Positions 23,594 to 32,247 of a stretch of DNA of 39,380 nucleotides are shown one piece after another (the first letter of the stretch is position 1; each line of letters starts with the position of its first letter). The DNA is taken from contig CAYHST010000001.1 of assembly GCA_964359415.1 (NCBI GenBank), forward strand, positions 1-39,380, read 5' to 3'. Source of the DNA: an uncultured Candidatus Saccharibacteria bacterium (GTDB taxonomy: Bacteria > Patescibacteriota > Minisyncoccia > Phycocordibacterales > UBA2100). Both the position numbers and the translations under genes were made by a program. The notes beneath the pieces are model-generated. The model was not told the DNA's origin. It did no database searches and saw nothing but the letters and a program-made list of their open reading frames with translations.

Positions 23594-24872
23594 ATTGCTC
23601 AATTATCTGCTCGGCGACTTTATAGATGTCCCCTGCTCCCATCGTGATGATTACGGCATCGTCTTTTTCTTTTAGCAGAGCGTCGCGGATTTCATCAAAT
23701 GAATCAAGGGCGCGGGCATTTCCTCCATTCTTGACGACCGCTTCAGCGAGCGCGCGGTTTGTTACGCCTTGAATCGGCTCCTCGCGCGCCGGGTAAATGG
23801 GCGCGACAATTACTTCGTCTGCATGTGCCAACGCCTCGCCAAAATCTTTCATCAAATCCCGCGTCCGCGAATAGAGGTGCGCGTGAAATGCGACGACGAT
23901 TTTCTTGCCGGGGAATTTCTCACGAACTGCATGCAGAGTCTTTTCAATCGCTGTCGGATGGTGCGCATAGTCATCGTAGACTTGCGCCCCTTTAGGTGTT
24001 TCGCCTTTGTATTCAAACCGGCGCCAAGAACCCTTGAAATTCTTGAGCGCATCGTCCGCAACAGACTCGATAACGTCGGGAAATGCCGCGCGCGCGGCGG
24101 CTTTCGCGGCGCGGGCGTTTTCACGGTTAAATTCGCCAAGCAATTTGAGCGCGGGTACTGTTTCTTTCGTGTAATCAACCACGCGCGCTGTTACGCCTTT
24201 TAAGACAATGCCCATATTCTCGCCGTTCGGAGCCGCAACGACAACTCCATGTTTTGGAATAGCGCGCGCGGCCTTTCCGAACGATTCAAGCATTTTGTCG
24301 AGCGTCGGGAAATAATCCGTGTGGTCCCACTCGGCGTTGGTAATCACAAGTATTTCAGGGAGAAGTTTCAGCATGTGGTCTTTGTATTCGCACGCCTCAA
24401 CGACAAGAAGGTCATCACGACCTTCCAGATAATTAGAACCGAAGTCTGAAACTATGGAACCGACGATAGCGCTCGGATTCTTTCCCGCGTGTTTTAATAT
24501 CGCAGCCAACATTCCCGTCGTCGTGGTTTTTCCGTGAGTCCCCGTCACAGCAAGAGTCCTCATATTTTTCGAAACCTGGCCTAGCGCCTCAAAGTAGGAC
24601 ATCTCGGGGATTTTCATTTCTTTCGCGCGCGTTCGCTCCGGATTATCCGGCCACACGGCATCGCTGTATACAAGAAGCTCCGTATCCGGTGGTATGAGAC
24701 AGCCATCATGGCCGATTGAAACAGAAATGCCTTTTTCTGCGAGCAATTTCGTCGTGGGCGATTCTTCTCTATCCGACCCGCTAACCTGCTTGCCTTGATG
24801 CACAAGAAGCTGTGCCAAAGCCGACATCCCTATACCTCCAACTCCAACCATGTAAATATTCTGTGGAATCAT
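23592..24872 (-). CDS. murC: UDP-N-acetylmuramate--L-alanine ligase
   Basis: 426 aa with VGVGGIGMSALA, the Mur ligase P-loop GTHGKTTTT, and DDYAHHP. Confidence 0.95.
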   Translation of the reverse strand: MIPQNIYMVGVGGIGMSALAQLLVHQGKQVSGSDREESPTTKLLAEKGISVSIGHDGCLIPPDTELLVYSDAVWPDNPERTRAKEMKIPEMSYFEALGQVSKNMRTLAVTGTHGKTTTTGMLAAILKHAGKNPSAIVGSIVSDFGSNYLEGRDDLLVVEACEYKDHMLKLLPEILVITNAEWDHTDYFPTLDKMLESFGKAARAIPKHGVVVAAPNGENMGIVLKGVTARVVDYTKETVPALKLLGEFNRENARAAKAAARAAFPDVIESVADDALKNFKGSWRRFEYKGETPKGAQVYDDYAHHPTAIEKTLHAVREKFPGKKIVVAFHAHLYSRTRDLMKDFGEALAHADEVIVAPIYPAREEPIQGVTNRALAEAVVKNGGNARALDSFDEIRDALLKEKDDAVIITMGAGDIYKVAEQIIEQ

Positions 24873-24884
24873 AATTCACTTCGA

Positions 24885-25025
24885 GCATACCCGGTTAGTA
24901 CAATGTGGCATAGTTTCTGTCGCTACACAATTCACCGCACCAACATTTTTCTGTTGGATAAGCAGATTGATTTTGTCGTAAGAAACCGCAACCAAGACAA
25001 TGCCACATTGTCCTACCGGGCATAC
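24885..25025. repeat. MITE-like inverted-repeat element D (long hairpin upstream of murC)
   Basis: The arms are ccggttagtacaatgtggcat (24891-24911) and atgccacattgtcctaccgg (25000-25019). They are flanked by exact 6-bp direct repeats gcatac (24885-24890 and 25020-25025). The inner hairpin is ccaaca-tttttc-tgttgg. Confidence 0.5.
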
Positions 25026-25064
25026 CACCCTATCAATCCACTCCAAAAGGTCTACAATGGCACT

Positions 25065-25340
25065 GTGAAAGATTCGCGCAAAAAAACAAAGTTCAATTTT
25101 GAGGAATTAAAAACAGCCGCGACAAGCGAGAACGCCGTGGTGCGGAAAAAAGTCTTCGAAGAATACTTCGAGCAGTTCGAGGAATTCCCGTCGTACCTAT
25201 TCGACAATACCGACGGCATTGACAGCAAACTCTCGGAAACTATCCGCGACATTGAGAACGACCCCGAGACATCGGCAAGAATGCGCAAAGGAATCGTTCA
25301 GATGCTTAATCGGCTTCCGGCAAGATCGGAGACAACTTGA
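25065..25340 (+). CDS. small acidic helical hypothetical protein (possible GTG start)
   Basis: This is the C-terminal part of track ORF 24795-25340. The protein-like sequence is FEELKTAATSENAVVRKKVFEEYFEQFEEF...DPETSARMRKGIVQMLNRL. The upstream part of the ORF runs through element D and murC. Confidence 0.35.
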   Translation: MKDSRKKTKFNFEELKTAATSENAVVRKKVFEEYFEQFEEFPSYLFDNTDGIDSKLSETIRDIENDPETSARMRKGIVQMLNRLPARSETT

Positions 25341-25341
25341 A

Positions 25342-26769
25342 CTAACCGCGAGTTCCTCGCGCGCGCGCAAGTTTCATAAATTGATTGCCTCTGTCAAATT
25401 CGTTCGCAAAATATTTCCCAAACGAGGAAAACGCCGGACTGTACAAAACGCACTCGCCGGCAACCGCAACGGAAAACGCGCGATTAACTGTTGCCGACAG
25501 TCCTTTTTCTTCGTATACATCAACACCGGCGGACGAGAGTCCGAATATCTCGTCGCGGATGCGTTCGGTTCCGCGCTCCTTAAAGAGAACAACTTTGGAA
25601 CACCATTTCGGGATTTCCGCAAGCAGTTCTGACATTGGAAGATTCTTTTCATCCCCGCCCAAAATCAAAACAACTCTCCTCTTCTTTTCATCTCCAACTG
25701 CCCGCAGTGCGGCAATAGTCGCTTCGGGCGTTGTCGCGCTCGTGTCGTTGTACACGCTGACTCCCTTAACTTTGCCGACAAATTGAAGCCGGCCCTCAAG
25801 ACCCGAGAATGACTCGATTCCGCTCTGAATATCCGGCTCCGAAAGACCGAGACTGCGCAATGCCGTCACCGCGAGCGCGGCATTTTGACGGTTGTGTACA
25901 CCAATGATTTTCAATTTCCAATCAGTTGGAATCTCTGGCGGCACAATCGCCCTAATGGGCGGTTGTGCCCCCTGAACCTTCTGCAAAATACTTTCTCCGA
26001 CGAAAAGCGCGCCTTTCTTCCCCGACGCTACGGTCGGGGTCCCGACCCAAGGGCGTCGGGATTGATATCGAAAAATATTCGCCTTATCTTCAAAATACGA
26101 TTCCATATTCGGATAATAATCCTGATGGTCAGGAAAAAGATTTGTAAATATAGAAACATGCGGGCTAATTTTGATATCCCCAAAACCCTGTAACTGCCAT
26201 GAGTCCAGTTCCAAAACCGCGATGTCGCCCTTCTGCACGTCGGGTAGCATAGCGAGTGTGGATACGCCACGAACATTCCCGCCTAAGAATACAGAGACAG
26301 TACGCTTGTCCGCCGAAGCTTTAGCGAAGGCGGAAATAAGACAATGGTGAATCATGTGTGTTATCGTAGATTTTCCACGAGTGCCTGTTACACCAACGAT
26401 AACTACTCCATCTTGCATCGCGTATTTTGCGAAAAGCGCGGTGGACATCACGACCGGAACTCCGGCTTTTTTCGCAGCCGCAATATATGGCGAGTCCAGC
26501 GGAGTCTTCGCCCCCTTGATAACAAGGTCGCTATTTATGAAATCACGCTCATCGTGTCCGCCGAGCTTGAAAGAAACATTTTTGTACTGCTTTAATTTTT
26601 TGACGGACTCCGCAAGCTCCTTCTCGCTTTTCTTGTCCGTCACGAGCACGTCCGCCCCGCATTTCGCGAGAAACTCCGCGTCGCCCATACCGCGGCCAAG
26701 CAAGCCGAGACCGAGTACGGTAATCTTTTTTCCTTCAAACAATTCCCTATAATTCAACATGCGCTTCAA
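25342..26769 (-). CDS. murD: UDP-N-acetylmuramoylalanine--D-glutamate ligase
   Basis: 475 aa with N-terminal VLGLGLLGRG and the Mur ligase P-loop GVTGTRGKSTIT. It overlaps the upstream aminotransferase by 4 nt. Confidence 0.9.
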   Translation of the reverse strand: MKRMLNYRELFEGKKITVLGLGLLGRGMGDAEFLAKCGADVLVTDKKSEKELAESVKKLKQYKNVSFKLGGHDERDFINSDLVIKGAKTPLDSPYIAAAKKAGVPVVMSTALFAKYAMQDGVVIVGVTGTRGKSTITHMIHHCLISAFAKASADKRTVSVFLGGNVRGVSTLAMLPDVQKGDIAVLELDSWQLQGFGDIKISPHVSIFTNLFPDHQDYYPNMESYFEDKANIFRYQSRRPWVGTPTVASGKKGALFVGESILQKVQGAQPPIRAIVPPEIPTDWKLKIIGVHNRQNAALAVTALRSLGLSEPDIQSGIESFSGLEGRLQFVGKVKGVSVYNDTSATTPEATIAALRAVGDEKKRRVVLILGGDEKNLPMSELLAEIPKWCSKVVLFKERGTERIRDEIFGLSSAGVDVYEEKGLSATVNRAFSVAVAGECVLYSPAFSSFGKYFANEFDRGNQFMKLARARGTRG

Positions 26770-27848
26770 TACTCCCGATATTCAGTCTTAAGGAATTTCT
26801 TCAATCTCCGCAGGCCCTCTTTTATCTTGGAGGCATCAAGCGCGTAGCTGAATCTCACGTGGTCGGGCGCGCCGAACCACGCCCCGTCGTAAGTAATCAT
26901 TCTGTACTTGTAGTAGAGGTCGGAAACAACGCGTCCTGAATTCTTTAACTTTGGCAGAACATAGAACGCGCCTTCCGGTTTCCACAACTTGAGTCCGAGT
27001 TCTAACATGCCCGCGTAGAGCATGTCGCGCCGCTCTTTCCATATTTTCACGTGTTTTTCCACGTACGACGCGGGCACGCGCAAGGCCGCGAGAGCCATGA
27101 TTTGCGCCGCGACGCTCGTATTCATTGATGTGTGCGTTTTCATTTCAATCACTTTTGAAACAAGCTGCGCGTCTTGCGAATAGAGATAGCCGACGCGAAA
27201 CCCGCACATCGCGTACGTCTTGGAGAACGAATTCACGGTAACAACATGCTTGCCATGCAGGAGATAATTTTCTCTGTCGTAAATGAGGTCTTTGTACACC
27301 TCGTCGGAAATGATATATAGCCCCAACTTGTCGCAGAGCGCCTCCACTTTTTCCAGCGTTTCAATATCCTGGACCGTGCCGGTCGGGTTGGACGGCGAAT
27401 TTATGAAAACCGCGCGGCATCCGGGAGCGACTTTCTCAAATTGCTCGTAGTTAATCTTCCCACCTTCGGCAAGGTCGTAATAAACCGGGGTCATGCCGGC
27501 ATACATGACATCGAAAGGATACGAGTAGTAATACGGGCGTGGCAGAAGAACTTTGCCGCCGGGTTTTGAAATCGAGCGCAGAACAAGGTCAATGGCTTCC
27601 GACGCGCCGTTCGTAATGACAAAATGTTCCGGCATAGCGGCAGGATATTCTTCCGCGAGCTTCGCGCGCAGAGGCTCCTCGCCTTGTATTAAGCCGTATT
27701 TGAAACCCTTGTATTTTGTGAGTGCGTCAAAAGCCTCCGGCGGAGGCGGCAAATCGGGCTGGCCGGAACCGAACGAAATGAGGCCGTTATCGTCACCTTT
27801 TCCAATAAAAAACGAAGGTCCTGGAATGAGTTTCGGCTCATTTGGCAT
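26766..27848 (-). CDS. class I PLP-dependent aminotransferase (AspC-like)
   Basis: Contains NSPSNPTG and the PLP-Lys block NSFSKTYAMCGFRVGY. The start is placed at MPNEPK because TACAAT (27857-27862) lies 8 nt upstream. The track ORF extends to 27866. Confidence 0.85.
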   Translation of the reverse strand: MPNEPKLIPGPSFFIGKGDDNGLISFGSGQPDLPPPPEAFDALTKYKGFKYGLIQGEEPLRAKLAEEYPAAMPEHFVITNGASEAIDLVLRSISKPGGKVLLPRPYYYSYPFDVMYAGMTPVYYDLAEGGKINYEQFEKVAPGCRAVFINSPSNPTGTVQDIETLEKVEALCDKLGLYIISDEVYKDLIYDRENYLLHGKHVVTVNSFSKTYAMCGFRVGYLYSQDAQLVSKVIEMKTHTSMNTSVAAQIMALAALRVPASYVEKHVKIWKERRDMLYAGMLELGLKLWKPEGAFYVLPKLKNSGRVVSDLYYKYRMITYDGAWFGAPDHVRFSYALDASKIKEGLRRLKKFLKTEYREY

Positions 27849-27892
27849 AGTTACGCATTGTACCACCGGCCATGATTATGTGGAAAACGACG

Positions 27893-27920
27893 TTGCATTC
27901 GCTTATGCCGCATGTATAAT
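27893..27920 (+). promoter_or_regulatory. promoter of the cobalamin-riboswitch operon
   Basis: TTGCAT (27893-27898), a 16-nt spacer, TATAAT (27915-27920). Confidence 0.55.
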
Positions 27921-27934
27921 TCCGTTCCTGCTTT

Positions 27935-28154
27935 CTGTGGAAGTTGGGTTCCCCATTCTTCGTCAAGACTTCGAAGGGCAAGGGATTCCCGCACTGTGCC
28001 GCAACGGTAAAACGCTGGAAACTGGATGCCGGATACTGGAAACTGGAAACCAAAGTTTTGTGTTTTCTAGCTCCTAGTTATCTAGCTTCCTTGCTCTAGA
28101 GTGAGTCCGGTCTTCAGAAAGCGGATATCCCGAGCAGGAGACCGTGTACCGCAG
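27935..28154 (+). ncRNA. cobalamin (B12) riboswitch, probable
   Basis: Core-like blocks are AAGGGCAAGGGAUUCCCGCACUGUGCCGCAACGGUAAAAC and GCCGGAUACUGGAAACUGGAAACC, with a B12-box-like GAGCAGGAGACCGUG (28132-28146). The candidate P1 pairs CUGUGG (27935-27940) with CCGCAG (28149-28154). The downstream genes encode DUF4430 proteins. Confidence 0.6.
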
Positions 28155-28174
28155 TTGCGTCGCACGCATTCAAT

Positions 28175-28198
28175 ATCTCTGCTCTGGGCAGAGATTTT
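28175..28198 (+). terminator. terminator-like hairpin (riboswitch expression platform)
   Basis: atctctgc-tctgg-gcagagat followed by ttt, ending 5 nt before the ATG at 28203. Confidence 0.45.
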
Positions 28199-28202
28199 GC
28201 GT

Positions 28203-28607
28203 ATGAAAAAATACATAGCACTATTCATCACAATCGTCGCACTCGGCGCGGGTTCGTATTTTACCGAGCAATCTTTTAGAACTTCCTTTCCGCGAACAGA
28301 GCCTCCGCTCGCATCTGCGATATCTACTGCAACTCTCATTGCTGGAAAAAATCAGTACGAGATTTCGGCGAGTGATGGAACTGTCCTACAAGCGATGCAA
28401 AGACTTGCATCTACAAGCAATTTTGCATTCACTGGGAAAGATTACCCCTCGCTCGGATTTTTTGTTGAATCCATAAACGACAAGAAAAACGCTGGGGGGT
28501 TCTATTGGATTCTGTATTTGAATGGCAAAGCTTCTGATTTGGGAGCCTCACAGGCGAAAATCCATGCGGGAGACGAGATTGAATGGAAATACGAAAAAGG
28601 TTATTAG
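28203..28607 (+). CDS. DUF4430-domain protein (transcobalamin beta-domain-like), membrane-anchored or secreted
   Basis: Start placed at the internal Met MKKYIALFITIVALGAG (signal/anchor). The DUF4430 pattern is GTVLQAMQRL...GFFVESINDKKNAGGFYWILYLNGKASDLGAS..IHAGDEIEWKY. Confidence 0.8.
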   Translation: MKKYIALFITIVALGAGSYFTEQSFRTSFPRTEPPLASAISTATLIAGKNQYEISASDGTVLQAMQRLASTSNFAFTGKDYPSLGFFVESINDKKNAGGFYWILYLNGKASDLGASQAKIHAGDEIEWKYEKGY

Positions 28608-28632
28608 CAGTCATTGACAAAATGATATACAA

Positions 28633-30630
28633 TTGGATTGTATGAGGTACCTATTTCGACCATTTATTGTTGCAATCATTGCCCTTTTTCTGGTTTCAAC
28701 GGGAGAGATAAAAACGGTTTTCGCGGATGTCGCGCCTCCTCCGCCTCCGCCGGGCGAAAGCGCGACAATAACCATCCGTAACGGCGCAATAATTATTTCA
28801 AGCGGTTCCGCGGCACTTCCAGCGATTGGCTCACCTGATGTCGCCATAACTCCCTCAGCCGGAGGCGGTTCTCACAATGTTCCAGCCCAAAGCGTTTTGG
28901 CCGTTCTCAAGGATATTGAATCAGCAACAACAACATTTTCCTTATCAGACCTGCAATATTCAAATGCGTATAGCTCGTTTTATCTCAACTGCATAACGGC
29001 GCCCGCAGACCCCGCAAGCCCTCTCTGCGGAAATTGGCAGTACGTGGTGAACGGCGCAAGCCCAGGCGTCGGCATGGATGCAAAAACTCTCTCCGATGGG
29101 GACATCGTGTATTTATATTTCGGTCCATCGCGCCGTATAACGCCAAGCTCGTCTAACGTAACCATAGGAGTTCCGTTCACCGTTCTAGCAGAATCATATG
29201 TCGCCTCCTCAAATTCGTGGACACCGGCGACCAGCCTTACAATGAGAATCCTTCAGGGCGATCCGTTCGGAAGCCCGACAATCATTTCCTCCGCCACAAC
29301 CGGAGCAGACGGAAGGGCAACATTCACTATTAATACTGCCGGCGCATATACGGCCGGTCTCGCGGAAGATTTTTATTTTCCAAATGCACCGATAACGGCA
29401 TCGGCCACGCCGCAACCTCCTGCCTCGTCTTCTGGCGGAATGCTAGCGCGTCCAGAATTTGATATTCCTCTTGCGCTCGCTTATCTCGTTGGGCATCAGC
29501 GCGCGGACGGCTCATTTTCCACCACGCTTCTTTCCGATTGGGCTTCAATCGCCTTCGCAGGCGGAGGCGCGGGAGACGCGCGAGAAAAATTGCGAGGATT
29601 TTTTTCCTCCGCAACAACAGCGCTTGATACCGTCACCGATTACGAACGGCACGCGATGGCGCTTCAAGCGCTCGGGATTAATCCCTACTCTGCCGCTGGA
29701 ATTGATTACATAACGCCTATCGTCAAAGCTTTTGATAAAACGCAGGTTGGAGACCCCGCGCTTGTGAACGACGACATTTTTGCTCTGTTTCCGCTGATGC
29801 ACGCGGGGTATGGCGCAAACGATGAAATAATACGGAAAATCACCGCGTTCATTATCTCCAAACAGAAAGCTGGAGGTTCATGGGAAGAAAGCGTTGACAT
29901 GACCGCCGCGGCCATACAAGCTCTCGCGCCGCTTCATTCTCTGCCGAATGTCCCGTCCGCGCTTTCTTCAGCGAAGAGCTATCTGCACGAACAGCAGAAA
30001 ATAAATGCCGGATTCGGCCCAGGAGACGGGAACAGCTTTTCAACAGGCTGGGCTATTCAGGCAATTTACGCGCTCGGTGACTCCATTTCAAACTGGACAA
30101 AAAATACCCTTTCTCCGATAGATTATCTATCCGCACAGCAGGACAGAGACGGCGGTGTTCCAAAAAACGAAGTCAGCGGGAATACCCGCGCGTGGGCGAC
30201 CGCGTACGCGATTCCCGCGGCAGAGAGAAAAACGTGGCATTCGCTTCTTTCCTCGTTTGAGAAACCGGAAACTGTCGCGCCAAAAGTACAAGAGCCGGCA
30301 ACGACGACAGCTTCCGTAATCGCGCCGGCGCCGGTAGAGCCTTTAGACGCGCCTGAAAGATTGCCGAGCATTGCGGCGCAAAAACAAAAACAAGAAGTGT
30401 TCGTGGAACAAGCGCCGGAAGCGCCCGTTCCAGAACCCGCTACGAACACGGAAGCGACAACGACGCTGGCAAGTATTTCTCCGCCATTCGTCCAGACAGC
30501 GGCCATAGCTATCGTTGATTATGGAATCTCGAACTTGTGGAAATGGATTTTGGCCATTCTGCTCTTGCTTGCATTTATTGCCGGCTTCGCGCGCGGATTC
30601 CGCAAGCGCAAACAACCGCAAAAAAAGTAG
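28633..30630 (+). CDS. surface protein with DUF4430, Ig-like and prenyltransferase/terpene-cyclase-like alpha/alpha-toroid domains and a C-terminal TM anchor
   Basis: 665 aa. Signal peptide, a PPPPPP linker, and the DUF4430 block (SVLAVLKDI..GNWQYVVNGASPGVGMDAKTLSDGDIVYLYF). The toroid repeats are HQRADGSF, SKQKAGGSWEE and QQDRDGGV. The C-terminus is hydrophobic (WKWILAILLLLAFIAGFA) followed by RKRKQPQKK. Confidence 0.8.
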   Translation: MDCMRYLFRPFIVAIIALFLVSTGEIKTVFADVAPPPPPPGESATITIRNGAIIISSGSAALPAIGSPDVAITPSAGGGSHNVPAQSVLAVLKDIESATTTFSLSDLQYSNAYSSFYLNCITAPADPASPLCGNWQYVVNGASPGVGMDAKTLSDGDIVYLYFGPSRRITPSSSNVTIGVPFTVLAESYVASSNSWTPATSLTMRILQGDPFGSPTIISSATTGADGRATFTINTAGAYTAGLAEDFYFPNAPITASATPQPPASSSGGMLARPEFDIPLALAYLVGHQRADGSFSTTLLSDWASIAFAGGGAGDAREKLRGFFSSATTALDTVTDYERHAMALQALGINPYSAAGIDYITPIVKAFDKTQVGDPALVNDDIFALFPLMHAGYGANDEIIRKITAFIISKQKAGGSWEESVDMTAAAIQALAPLHSLPNVPSALSSAKSYLHEQQKINAGFGPGDGNSFSTGWAIQAIYALGDSISNWTKNTLSPIDYLSAQQDRDGGVPKNEVSGNTRAWATAYAIPAAERKTWHSLLSSFEKPETVAPKVQEPATTTASVIAPAPVEPLDAPERLPSIAAQKQKQEVFVEQAPEAPVPEPATNTEATTTLASISPPFVQTAAIAIVDYGISNLWKWILAILLLLAFIAGFARGFRKRKQPQKK

Positions 30631-30642
30631 GAGTTTCTCCCG

Positions 30643-30665
30643 AAATCAAGGACTCCCCTTGATTT
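30643..30665. terminator. bidirectional terminator hairpin between convergent genes
   Basis: aaatcaagg-actcc-ccttgattt (9-bp stem) with a T-run. It sits between the + gene end (30630) and the - gene end (30665). Confidence 0.55.
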
Positions 30666-31357
30666 TAAGCGAATAATGAACGATACATGTCGTACTTGCG
30701 GGCGATGCGCAACTCTTTCCGGTTGACCCTCTCGCAGAATTTAACAGGCGTGTTTTCTATGACAGCGAGCGGCTGACGCTCATTCCCCTCGCCCATCACG
30801 ACGGTCGCCACGGTTGCGAGAGAATCCGCGATATTGGTTTGAGTTACTTTCAGCTTCCGCCCGAATATATCCTTATCGCCGCGATAATCTTTCACACCCT
30901 TGAAACCCGCGTAACCTAGAGCAACGCCAGTCACGCCTTCGCGCAAGGCGCTTGTCCGGCTGTCGGTAATGACGATGCCCAGCTGTTTGATTTTGTATCT
31001 CTTTTTTAATTTCGTGCGCAACTCAATCGCCGACTTAAAACTATCCTTCGGCAATAAAATTGTTTTCCCATCCGCGTTTGAATCATCCAGTCCCGCGTTT
31101 ACGACAACCGTGCCGTCGCGCACCGTGAGCCACCACTCCGGCAAAACTTTCAGTTGCCACTCGCTTTCCGCGCGAATTAACTTTTCCTTTTCTTTCTTAT
31201 TCTTAAGTTGTACAACACGACCCTCCGCCAGCGCGACAATTTTGGATGTTACCGCGAGAATCGCCCCGTCCCTCAATTTTGGAATATGAGCAACGATAAA
31301 ATCCGCGAGATTCTCGCCCTCTTTAAAAATGCGGGTTCTTATTGGTTGCACTTTCAT
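30665..31357 (-). CDS. CofE/FbiB-N-like (F420-0:gamma-glutamyl ligase family) protein
   Basis: 230 aa with ILAVTSKIVALAEGR, NAGLDDSNA, ITDSR and VMGEGNE, the blocks typical of the F420 ligase fold. Confidence 0.78.
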   Translation of the reverse strand: MKVQPIRTRIFKEGENLADFIVAHIPKLRDGAILAVTSKIVALAEGRVVQLKNKKEKEKLIRAESEWQLKVLPEWWLTVRDGTVVVNAGLDDSNADGKTILLPKDSFKSAIELRTKLKKRYKIKQLGIVITDSRTSALREGVTGVALGYAGFKGVKDYRGDKDIFGRKLKVTQTNIADSLATVATVVMGEGNERQPLAVIENTPVKFCERVNRKELRIARKYDMYRSLFA

Positions 31358-31359
31358 AT

Positions 31360-32097
31360 TTAGCGAGTTCTTTGTAACGGCATCCGTGGGCGGTTAACTC
31401 GTAGTTGATAACTCTCAACCTGGTCCGAGTAGAGATATCCCCCTGTCTTGAGAAGTTCTTTCGCCATATCAATTATTTCATTAGGGTAAGGAGCATACAT
31501 ATGCACTTTCGCCTCAGGGATTGGACCGATTATATGTTCGGTCACCAAATCAAAATTGCCTCCCGTCGCTTTTTTTAGGATAGCCACTGCTCCTTTCATA
31601 GAAAGGTCAGTGACTATGTGTCCATCTATCTTTTCCTTGGCTATGGAATCTATGCCTTCCGCATCAACAGTGTACGATTGCGCACCAAGTGCGTGTGCAA
31701 CAATTGCAAAACTTGGTATGCGACCACTTCCAAGATCGATGATGCGCAAACCGCGAAGAACCTTTTGATCTCTCCACTTTTGAATTACATCTTTTGGTCG
31801 CTCAGATAAATTAGTTTGTGTTAATTGCGCGGCAACGGGTGATATCGAAAGAACGAAGGCAAGTTGAAGAATGGTTAAGAATGTATTCTCATATTCTCCT
31901 GCTCCTAATGGTTCAGGCAGGATATCGTCAAATCCTTCCAGGCCAAGGTTAGTAATTTGATTACTCTTATCCGACATAACAACCATGCCCATTAATAAAG
32001 CTTTGATATTCTGAAAGGACTGAGGTTCCGAGACGTACTCTAAGTGTGCCGGCGTAGATTCTATACCATGTCCCAAGCTAGGCGATTCATTCATCAT
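31360..32097 (-). CDS. class I SAM-dependent methyltransferase with a unique roughly 110-aa N-terminal region
   Basis: 245 aa with motif I LRIIDLGSGRIP, followed by VDAE (motif II-like) and LLKTGGYLY. Confidence 0.65.
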   Translation of the reverse strand: MMNESPSLGHGIESTPAHLEYVSEPQSFQNIKALLMGMVVMSDKSNQITNLGLEGFDDILPEPLGAGEYENTFLTILQLAFVLSISPVAAQLTQTNLSERPKDVIQKWRDQKVLRGLRIIDLGSGRIPSFAIVAHALGAQSYTVDAEGIDSIAKEKIDGHIVTDLSMKGAVAILKKATGGNFDLVTEHIIGPIPEAKVHMYAPYPNEIIDMAKELLKTGGYLYSDQVESYQLRVNRPRMPLQRTR

Positions 32098-32210
32098 AGT
32101 GATGCAAAATCATGCTACCACAATATCGGTTACTGTTTCTGCTGGACATTTATCCCCACATGTTCATTGACAACTCGTCGATGGCGCGTATACTCGCAAT
32201 GTCCTTCGGA

Positions 32211-32234
32211 AACGCCACGCGCAAGCCTGGCGTT
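32211..32234. terminator. hairpin between the NYN gene and the methyltransferase gene
   Basis: aacgcca-cgcgcaagcc-tggcgtt (7-bp stem). A T-run is present on the plus strand only. Confidence 0.35.
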
Positions 32235-32247
32235 TTCATTTTATCTT

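Noticed and set aside
24795-25064. The N-terminal 90 codons of plus-strand ORF 24795-25340.
   Set aside because: This part overlaps the murC start and runs through hairpin element D, and the translation is not protein-like. Only the distal 91 codons, from GTG at 25065, look like a real protein.
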